A stretch of 64,000 bases of DNA from Elusimicrobiota bacterium (GTDB lineage Bacteria; Elusimicrobiota; Elusimicrobia; FEN-1173). A model generated the notes under the pieces. That model made no database searches. It saw only the letters and a list, made by a program, of their open reading frames with translations, and had not been told where the DNA came from. Of this stretch, positions 20,249 through 27,209 are shown in pieces (position 1 is the first letter of the stretch; the number at the start of each line of letters is the position of its first letter). The stretch is from NCBI GenBank assembly GCA_016706425.1, contig JADJJR010000001.1, forward strand, positions 385,728 to 449,727. Direction: 5' to 3'. The position numbers and the translations under genes were made by a program.

Positions 20249-20643
20249 ACGGGGGGGGGCGGTTTGTTTCCGCTTTGGGCGCGAGCCAGGCCGCGTTGGA
20301 TGGCGGTCAACAGCAGGGTTTCATCGACGATGGGTTTCGCCACGTAGTCGTCGAACCCGGCGGCCAAAAACCGTTCCCGATCGCCGTCCATGGCGTGGGC
20401 CGTGAGGGCGATGGCGGGAACGATTTTCAATTGGGGGAACTCCCGCAGCGCGCGGAGCACGGCCAACCCGTCCATGCCGGGCAGGGAAATGTCGAGCAGG
20501 AGGAGGTCCGGCGGGGACGCGGGCAAGGCGGCGATCGCGGCCGCGCCTTCGTCGAATTCCACCAGGCGGAAGAAATCTTCCAGAATGCCTTTCAGCAGCA
20601 GACGGTTGTCTTCGTTGTCTTCGATGATGGCGATGGATTGCAT
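20245..20643 (-). CDS. Single-domain response regulator (DivK/CheY-like)
   Basis: IAIIEDN, LLLLDISLPGMDG, ALTAHAM, YVAKP. Confidence 0.92.
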   Translation of the reverse strand: MQSIAIIEDNEDNRLLLKGILEDFFRLVEFDEGAAAIAALPASPPDLLLLDISLPGMDGLAVLRALREFPQLKIVPAIALTAHAMDGDRERFLAAGFDDYVAKPIVDETLLLTAIQRGLARAQSGNKPPPPV

Positions 20644-20718
20644 GGCGCTCTCCCCGCCCTATATACCCCCCAACGGGGAATTTGTCCAGACCCGGTTGCG
20701 GTTCGATGTTAAAAACAC

Positions 20719-20747
20719 TTGCAAGGGAGGACGGATGGGGTTATATA
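20719..20747 (+). promoter_or_regulatory. Candidate sigma70 promoter for the pilin-like operon
   Basis: TTGCAA (20719-20724), 17 bp, TATATA (20742-20747). Confidence 0.45.
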
Positions 20748-20994
20748 AAGCTTGGGTTCACCAAAACCACAGGGGGAAACTTCCCCCGGCGCGAGGTAAA
20801 ATGCTTCACCCACCCGTTGTTTATGTCGGTCCCACGACCCCGTTCACCCAACGGGGGTTCGCTCCCCTCTGTCCTCTGTTTTTCTTTGCGGCGCGCGGTT
20901 TTGAAGAACCCCCCTCGGCATTCTTCGAGGGGAAAAGAACGGATTCGGATGCAATCGCCGGATTCCGGCGATACAACCTCAAGGAGGCAGCACA

Positions 20995-21558
20995 ATGAAA
21001 ACAACGATGCGGAAAATGATGATGATGGGCGTGATGATGGTGGCCGCCGGCGGCGCCATGGCCGCGGTGACGGACACGGTGGTGTTGACGGTGACGCCGA
21101 CGGGAACGAAAAGCGTCTCGATCGACCGGGCGAGCTACGACTTCGGGGCGTTGGTCCTCGCGACCACCGACAACCTGTCTTCGTCCGCCACGGTGACCAA
21201 CGACGGCAACATCGTCTCCACCTGGGCCCTGCGCGTCAGCGCGAACGACGGCGTGTGGACGGCGGCCACGGGCGTCCAGGTCCCGGCGGCGGACCGTTAC
21301 AAATTGATGGCCCTGTTCGATGACCCGACCGTGGGCGGAGCTCCGGTGACGGCGAACTTCGACACGACCAACGACGTGTTGGTCTCCGCGGGCCCCGGCC
21401 TCGGCACGTTGTCCAGCGCGACCAACTACGCCGGCGACCAATCGGGCGAAGCCGTGACGGTGGGCGCGACCCGCGGTCTGTGGTTCCGGTTGGACATGCC
21501 GACCTCGTCGAGCGTCAGCACCCAGCGGAGCTTCACGGTCGAAATCGAAGCGCAATAA
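20995..21558 (+). CDS. Secreted 187-aa Ig-fold pilin-like protein (putative major fibre subunit)
   Basis: Strong SD AAGGAGG, signal peptide ending AMA, Thr/Val/Ala-rich beta sequence, TVTNDGN and LWFRLDMP motifs shared with both FG-GAP proteins. Confidence 0.7.
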   Translation: MKTTMRKMMMMGVMMVAAGGAMAAVTDTVVLTVTPTGTKSVSIDRASYDFGALVLATTDNLSSSATVTNDGNIVSTWALRVSANDGVWTAATGVQVPAADRYKLMALFDDPTVGGAPVTANFDTTNDVLVSAGPGLGTLSSATNYAGDQSGEAVTVGATRGLWFRLDMPTSSSVSTQRSFTVEIEAQ

Positions 21559-21605
21559 CGACCGGCCGTCCCTGAGGGGGTTGCTCGGAATCCGAAACGA
21601 CACCG

Positions 21606-21642
21606 GGCGGGAGCGGAGACGCGAGCGTTTCCGGCTCCCGCC
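21606..21642 (+). terminator. Strong intergenic stem-loop after the pilin-like gene (partial terminator or mRNA stabiliser; no U tract)
   Basis: GGCGGGAGCGGAGACGC / GCGTTTCCGGCTCCCGCC, near-perfect inverted repeat. Confidence 0.5.
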
Positions 21643-21692
21643 GCGGAGCGGCGGCGGACCGAACAGCGCCCCGAAGCGAGAAGGAGAGGCGA

Positions 21693-22595
21693 ATGATGAA
21701 GTCAAGGCGATGGAGCGGGATCGTCCTGTGGGCGGCGGTGGTCGCCGTCCCCGTGGCGGCCAAAATGTCCCTGGCGGTGCGGTTTCCGGACGTGGTTCTG
21801 GAAAACGTCGCCCCGGGCCTCGTGTTGAACCTGCGTCAAGCGAAAGGGGTTCCCTACGTGGTGATCAACAATTCGGACACGGCGGTCGACATCCAGGTGG
21901 ACGTGGAGTTGCCGGGCCCGCAGCGAATCAACCCCAAAGAGGGTTACGAACCGGCGCCGGACGCGGGATGGATTCGCGTCGTGCCCAACCGGTTCCGCCT
22001 GGGTCCGGGGGAGGTGGGGACGGCGGAGGTCATCCTGTCGGTTCCGAACGACCCCGCCCTGCAGGGCCGGCATCTTCAAATCAACCTCCACGCGCGCACC
22101 CTGACCACCGGTCAATTGGCGTTGGCCGTCAACCATTACGTGCGTTTCTCCGTCGGTGCGATGGGGCCGACGGCGCTGGCGAAGGAGCGGGACCGGGTGG
22201 CTCTGGGTCGTCTGGATCTCGACATGACCCCCAGCCTGCGGCTCGACAAGGTCCCGGTGGGACGTCCCATCAACATAAAGGACATGTATGGCGCGGCCGT
22301 CAAAATCGCCAACAAAGGGAACGAGGCCGTCCGCCTCAAACTGGTGAGCGCGAAGTTGCAAAACAGCCTCCGCGAGCCGGGGTGGGACGAGCCGAAGGAT
22401 CCCGGATGGCTGACGGTCCGACCGGACACGCTCAAGTTGAAACCGAATCGGATCGCCGAGGCGCGGTTGTCCCTCAACATTCCGGACGCGCCGGATAACC
22501 GGGGGCGGAAGTTTCTGTTCCTCCTCACCGGCGAATTGGCCGACTTGGGCATCCCGCTTCAGTACACGACGCGGGTTTATGTGACGACGGAATAA
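21693..22595 (+). CDS. Secreted two-Ig-domain chaperone-like protein (PapD-N/DUF916-like)
   Basis: Signal peptide; two internal repeats GWIRVVPNRFRLGPGE...SVP and GWLTVRPDTLKLKPNR...NIP; directly after the pilin-like gene. Confidence 0.6.
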   Translation: MMKSRRWSGIVLWAAVVAVPVAAKMSLAVRFPDVVLENVAPGLVLNLRQAKGVPYVVINNSDTAVDIQVDVELPGPQRINPKEGYEPAPDAGWIRVVPNRFRLGPGEVGTAEVILSVPNDPALQGRHLQINLHARTLTTGQLALAVNHYVRFSVGAMGPTALAKERDRVALGRLDLDMTPSLRLDKVPVGRPINIKDMYGAAVKIANKGNEAVRLKLVSAKLQNSLREPGWDEPKDPGWLTVRPDTLKLKPNRIAEARLSLNIPDAPDNRGRKFLFLLTGELADLGIPLQYTTRVYVTTE

Positions 22596-22622
22596 GGAGA
22601 ACGGCGGGAGAAAAGGAGATCG

Positions 22623-24188
22623 GTGGGTGAAATGAGGCAACACGGAGGGACTTGCCTGGGCAGGCTCAGGGCCTGGATTCCGCGAGGAATCCTGACCGTG
22701 GGCCTCTTTGTCTTCGGCGGCGCCGCGCGCGCCGCGCCGACGGACAGCCTGGTGTTCACCGTGTCGATTCTTGACGTCGATCCCCCCGCGGCCATCGCGC
22801 CCCTCAACGCGACGGCCTCCGTCACGCCCGGGCAGGTGGTGTTGGATTGGCTCGCCCCCGACGAAGACGGCGTGGGGCTGAACGGCGAAGCCGTCCAGAC
22901 TTACCTCGTCCGTTACGCGACGTTCTCCATCGCCGATGTCGGGGGGAACGCCGCCCTGTGGTGGGCGACCGCCACGGCGGAGCCTTTCCTCGGGGTCCCC
23001 CAGGCGCCCGGCCAACCGGAAGTGATGGTGCTCGCCCTGGCGGAGGCCACCCGCTATTACTTCGCCGTCCGATCGATCGACGCGTCCGGCAACGTGTCGC
23101 CGCTCGACAACACCGTCCCCCAGGCGAACGCCCTGACCCGGTCGTCCGACGCGGAAATCCCCGTCGCGGTGGCCGGCGTGCGCGCCACCCGGGCGGGCGC
23201 CAATCACGTCGTGACTTGGCCGGCCGTGACGCGCAACATGGACGGTTCTCCCGCCGGGGACATCGTCGGGTATCGGGTGTATTCCTCGACGAGCCTTTTC
23301 GGGTTTGAAACTTCCAGCAACACCGTCGGGTTCGTCCCGGAGGGCGCGCGCAGCGTGGCGTTGGCCGCGGGGACGGATCTTTATTACCTCATCCGCGCGG
23401 TGGACGCGACGGGCAACGAGTCGCCCGTGGCGCCCTCCAATTTCTTCCGCGTGACGGTCCCCGACGGGATCGTCTTCGGGGCGCGTGAGGCCGGCGGCAC
23501 CGTGAGCGCAGCGTTCCTCGCGCGGGCGCTGTGGCCGGAGCTGACCCGCGGGGGCGCGGATTATCTATTGAGCGTGACCCCGGACGCGACCCCGGCCCTC
23601 GCGACGGGAACGTGGAACCGGGGCACCTACCGGGTCGGCCTGGCGAATCCCGACGGGTCGGCCGCGTCCAACACCGCGGCCTTCTCGGGGGCCGAAATGA
23701 CGGTCACGTTGGAATACACGGTCCTCCCCGGCGATGACGCCGCGCGGATCGGGGTGTTCTGGTGGAACGGAAAGACCTGGATCAAGATGGGGCGGACGAA
23801 CGCGCAATCCGCGACCGCGCCCCGCACGGTCACGTTCCAAACGGCGTTCCCCGGGGTGTATCAGGTGCGGAACTACGCAACCCCCGACGGGCTCTCCCTC
23901 GATCGGGCCAGCGTGGTGCCGCGGATCTTCACGCCGAACGGCGACGGCATCAACGACGCCGTCTACTTCTATCTGGAGAATCCGCGCCTGTCCGCCTTGG
24001 ACGGGGGAATCATCGACCTGTCCGGCGCCGAAGTGAGCCCGTTGACCCGGGTCACGGGCGCCGCCGACAACGTCATGATGTGGGACGGCCGGGATTCCAC
24101 TGGACATATCGTCCGCGCGGGGGTATACATTTATAAGATCCGGGGCGAAGGGAAAACCTTCTCCGGGAGCGTGGTGGTGGCGAAATGA
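22623..24188 (+). CDS. Secreted FN3-like protein with gliding-motility-associated (T9SS type B-like) C-terminal domain
   Basis: Signal peptide, two FN3-like units (YYFAVRSIDASGN, YYLIRAVDATGNES), C-terminal PRIFTPNGDGIND...WDGRD...GVYIYKI. Confidence 0.8.
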   Translation: MGEMRQHGGTCLGRLRAWIPRGILTVGLFVFGGAARAAPTDSLVFTVSILDVDPPAAIAPLNATASVTPGQVVLDWLAPDEDGVGLNGEAVQTYLVRYATFSIADVGGNAALWWATATAEPFLGVPQAPGQPEVMVLALAEATRYYFAVRSIDASGNVSPLDNTVPQANALTRSSDAEIPVAVAGVRATRAGANHVVTWPAVTRNMDGSPAGDIVGYRVYSSTSLFGFETSSNTVGFVPEGARSVALAAGTDLYYLIRAVDATGNESPVAPSNFFRVTVPDGIVFGAREAGGTVSAAFLARALWPELTRGGADYLLSVTPDATPALATGTWNRGTYRVGLANPDGSAASNTAAFSGAEMTVTLEYTVLPGDDAARIGVFWWNGKTWIKMGRTNAQSATAPRTVTFQTAFPGVYQVRNYATPDGLSLDRASVVPRIFTPNGDGINDAVYFYLENPRLSALDGGIIDLSGAEVSPLTRVTGAADNVMMWDGRDSTGHIVRAGVYIYKIRGEGKTFSGSVVVAK

Positions 24189-24613
24189 TCTCACTCACGA
24201 AGACATCGGGCCGCGCGCCGCGGCCGTTTCCACCGATCCGGGTCGGCTTGTTGCTGGCTCTGGGGGCTTTGCTCGTTGCCGGCCGCTCCGCGCGCGCGTT
24301 GTCCCTCAACCCCGACGCCGGCGTGGCCCCCAAAGTGTTCACCCCCAACGCGGACGCGATCAACGACGTGGTGTGTTTTCAGATGGACAACCCCGCTTTG
24401 ACGGAATTGCGCGGCACGGTCTCCGACGCCGCCGGGGCCGAAGTGGCGGAGCTTCGCCCGGCCACCGCGGCGTGCGCCCCGCCCCACGACGTCTACGATT
24501 TGATGTGGGACGGACGGGACCGCGCCGGCCGCACCGCGCCGGCGGGGCCTTACATTTATCGAATCGAAGGGGAGGGAGTCATGTTCACCGGCGTTGTGGT
24601 GGTGGCGAAATGA
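24185..24613 (+). CDS. Stand-alone gliding-motility-associated C-terminal-domain protein
   Basis: Signal peptide followed directly by PKVFTPNADAIND...WDGRD...GPYIYRIEGEGVMFTGVVVVAK. Confidence 0.8.
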   Translation: MISLTKTSGRAPRPFPPIRVGLLLALGALLVAGRSARALSLNPDAGVAPKVFTPNADAINDVVCFQMDNPALTELRGTVSDAAGAEVAELRPATAACAPPHDVYDLMWDGRDRAGRTAPAGPYIYRIEGEGVMFTGVVVVAK

Positions 24614-26184
24614 ATCGCCCCCGCGGGCTGTGGCGGATGGGCCTGATCCTCGGGGGAGCCGCGCTGGCCGTTTCGACGGGCCGCGCCTTTGATGAGTTGG
24701 CGGTGGGGGCGCGCCCCACCTCGATGGGCGGCGCGTTCACGGCGCTGGCGGACGACATGCACGCCTTGTATTACAACCCCGCCGGGTTGGCGGATTTGGC
24801 CCGTCCCGAGCTGGGGGTCTATTACGCCCGCCTGTTTCCTTCCTTGTCCGACCAGACCCGTTCCGCCCAGGCGTTTTTGGGGGGAGCCTCCCCGCTGTCG
24901 CCGGACGGCCGGTGGGGGAGCGCGGGTCTCGGTTACCAGGAATTGCGGGTCGACGATCTCTTCAAAGAGAGGACTTTTTCGCTCGCCTACGGCCGGCGCT
25001 TGCCGGGCCCCCGGTGGGACCGGTTGGCCCTGGGGGGGGGATTGAAATTCCTCAACCGCGATTACGGCGTGGGCAACGCCGTCATCCCCGATCCCGTCTT
25101 TAACGGAGGGCGTTCGGTGTCGGCGGTGGGTTTGGATTTCGGCGCGCTTTACACTCTGGTCCCCCACGTGAAAACCGGGTTGGCGTTTCAAAACATCAAT
25201 CGACCGGATCTGGGGCTCGTCAGCGATGATCGGTTGCCTTTGGTGACGCGCTGGGGTGTGGCCTACGACAACAACGATTTAAGGGTGACCGCGGACCTGA
25301 CGCGCGGGGCCTATTTGATCGGACGAAACGACCACCGGTTCCTGGTCGGGGCCGAGCGGCGGTGGTTGCTGCGGCGCTACGGGCTCGTGGCGGTTCGGGG
25401 CGGGGCGGGGTTCGGCAATCGGGATTACCGCCGCATCAACATGGGCCTCGGGTACGAGGTGAACGGCGTGGGCTTGGATTACGTGTTCGCCCTGCCCCTG
25501 GGCGCGGCGGACGACACCGGCAATCTGCACAACGTGGCCTTGTCCTACCGGTTCGGGAGGGCCCCCGCGGAGGACGAATTGCTGTCTTTGATCGCCCAGG
25601 AGCGGGAGGCCACCGTGCGGGCGGAGGAAGCCTTGAAAATAGCCGAGGCGGAGGCTCTGTTCGTGAAGGAAGAAAGGAACAGCTTGCTCGCTCAATACAC
25701 CCAAGAGATCGAGAGATTGAAAGAGGCTTTGGCGAACGCCCCGAAAGGCGGGGCGGTAAAACCCGCCCCGGCCGCCCCGCGCGTGTTCACGGCGGAGGAA
25801 CGCGAGCGGTTCGCCCGGGAAAAAGCGGTCAAGGAATTCGCCGCGGCCTACCAGGCCTCCTACCGGGCTTACCGCGTTCAAGTGGAACGCGGGGCCACGC
25901 TTTCCAAGCGCCAGGAATTGTTGAGCGCGTTGGTGCGCCGGTACGAGAACAAAGGGATCGATTTGTCGACGGTGCGGAACGAGCAGGAACGCGTCAAATC
26001 CGACTTGGCCCAAGTCTCCAGCGATTTCCGCATCACCCTGGACTTTTACAAAAAGACGGTCGCCCAGGGGGCGGACGCGGCCGAGCGCGTTTCCCTGCTC
26101 GAACGCATGTTGAAAAAATACCAGAAGACGGGCATCGACTTGACGGAAGTCCGCGAAGAGCTCAATCGGCTCAACAAACCGTGA
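24610..26184 (+). CDS. PorV/PorP-SprF-like outer-membrane beta-barrel with C-terminal coiled coil and tandem helical repeat
   Basis: ATG at 24610 overlaps the upstream stop. GARPTSMGGAFTALADD...YYNPAGLA, amphipathic strands ending LSYRFG, then a charged helical tail. Confidence 0.75.
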   Translation: MNRPRGLWRMGLILGGAALAVSTGRAFDELAVGARPTSMGGAFTALADDMHALYYNPAGLADLARPELGVYYARLFPSLSDQTRSAQAFLGGASPLSPDGRWGSAGLGYQELRVDDLFKERTFSLAYGRRLPGPRWDRLALGGGLKFLNRDYGVGNAVIPDPVFNGGRSVSAVGLDFGALYTLVPHVKTGLAFQNINRPDLGLVSDDRLPLVTRWGVAYDNNDLRVTADLTRGAYLIGRNDHRFLVGAERRWLLRRYGLVAVRGGAGFGNRDYRRINMGLGYEVNGVGLDYVFALPLGAADDTGNLHNVALSYRFGRAPAEDELLSLIAQEREATVRAEEALKIAEAEALFVKEERNSLLAQYTQEIERLKEALANAPKGGAVKPAPAAPRVFTAEERERFAREKAVKEFAAAYQASYRAYRVQVERGATLSKRQELLSALVRRYENKGIDLSTVRNEQERVKSDLAQVSSDFRITLDFYKKTVAQGADAAERVSLLERMLKKYQKTGIDLTEVREELNRLNKP

Positions 26185-26197
26185 GGCTTTCGAACCG

Positions 26198-27205
26198 GTG
26201 ACCCTCCGCGCGAAAGTCACGTTGTTCTCGTTTCTCTTCCTGGCCGCTTCCGGGGCGGTCGGGGCGTGGTGCCTCATAAACATTCGTCGCGAAGAGGACG
26301 CCTTCAACCGGAGCCGTCTCGCCCTCAACACCCACGCGGCGGTCACCGACATTGAATATTTCCTCAACCGCCAGAGCCGCGCCTTGGCCAATTATGTCCT
26401 GTTGGGGGACGAGGCCGAGAAGCTTCAACTGGTTCAGGCGCAAACCCGCTGCCGTCAGCGGGTCGAGGATTGGCAAAAGGCCGTCCAGGCGGGGAACGCC
26501 GTCGGCGATGAGATCCGCATCGTGCAGGGGTTGTTGAAACGGGTCGCCGGGGAGGCGCAAACCGTTTTAAAAGGCGTGGATGCCGGGCGGCGGGTGGAAG
26601 CGATGGAGGCGGTGGAAAAAACTTTTGGTCCGGTGTTTGATCGGGCGCTCAAGGATTTCCACGCGGTAAAAGGGCGCACGGAGGACGCCAAGGCCGAGAC
26701 CGAAGCGGGCATGTTGGACAACCTGCGGCGGAACCACATGAACCTTTTGGGCGGGTTGATATTCTTGGCGGTTCTCGGCTTGACGTTCTTGTTGTGGCAG
26801 TACCGGGCGACCATCGGGCCGGTCAACGCCCTGCGGCGTTGGGCGGACCGGATGGCCCGGGGCGAGAGGAACGTGCCCCTGGGTTTCTGGGGGCAAAACG
26901 AATTGATGGATTTGGCCCAGAGCATCGGGGAAATGGCCATTCAACTGATGCGGCCCCGGAGCCTCCCTGTGGAAAGACGCGCGGCCCCCGCGGTGGCGGG
27001 GCCCTCGGAGGTGGGCGCCCTGGTCGCGGCGGTCGCCCCCGCCCCGGCGCCATCGGCGGTTCCGCCCCCGGCCCCGGTGACCGCCAAAACCACCCCGCTC
27101 GGTGACAAGGCCAAGGACAACTTCGAGGAAGCGGTTGACGAATTCCGCGACGTGCTGGCCCAGCTGGCCGGCCAACAACCCAACAAATCCCGCAAGCTCG
27201 GCTGA
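26198..27205 (+). CDS. Membrane sensor: TM, four-helix ligand-binding domain, TM, HAMP, Pro/Ala linker, short acidic tail; no output domain
   Basis: Two TM helices, HAMP (GPVNALRRWADRMARGE...NELMDLAQSIGEMA), low-complexity linker. Confidence 0.7.
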   Translation: MTLRAKVTLFSFLFLAASGAVGAWCLINIRREEDAFNRSRLALNTHAAVTDIEYFLNRQSRALANYVLLGDEAEKLQLVQAQTRCRQRVEDWQKAVQAGNAVGDEIRIVQGLLKRVAGEAQTVLKGVDAGRRVEAMEAVEKTFGPVFDRALKDFHAVKGRTEDAKAETEAGMLDNLRRNHMNLLGGLIFLAVLGLTFLLWQYRATIGPVNALRRWADRMARGERNVPLGFWGQNELMDLAQSIGEMAIQLMRPRSLPVERRAAPAVAGPSEVGALVAAVAPAPAPSAVPPPAPVTAKTTPLGDKAKDNFEEAVDEFRDVLAQLAGQQPNKSRKLG

Positions 27206-27209
27206 TTTT

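Noticed and set aside
20765-20810. CACAGGGGGAAAC as a c-di-GMP-I riboswitch
   Set aside because: Only a short resemblance; the other conserved elements are not recognisable by eye. Kept only as an unclassified structured leader.
21016-21042. (ATG)n repeat in the pilin signal peptide as a phase-variation switch
   Set aside because: A triplet repeat keeps the frame; it only encodes a Met-rich hydrophobic region.
24373-24609. ORF-track starts upstream of the real genes (also 5441, 15605, 18123, 30081, 30731, 49152, 53046, 61683)
   Set aside because: The extensions overlap neighbouring genes; downstream starts mostly give stop/start coupling or proper signal peptides.
24610-26184. Classical fimbrial usher
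   Set aside because: The barrel part is only about 320 aa with a PorV/FadL-type N-terminus; it lacks the size and domain layout of PapC/FimD.
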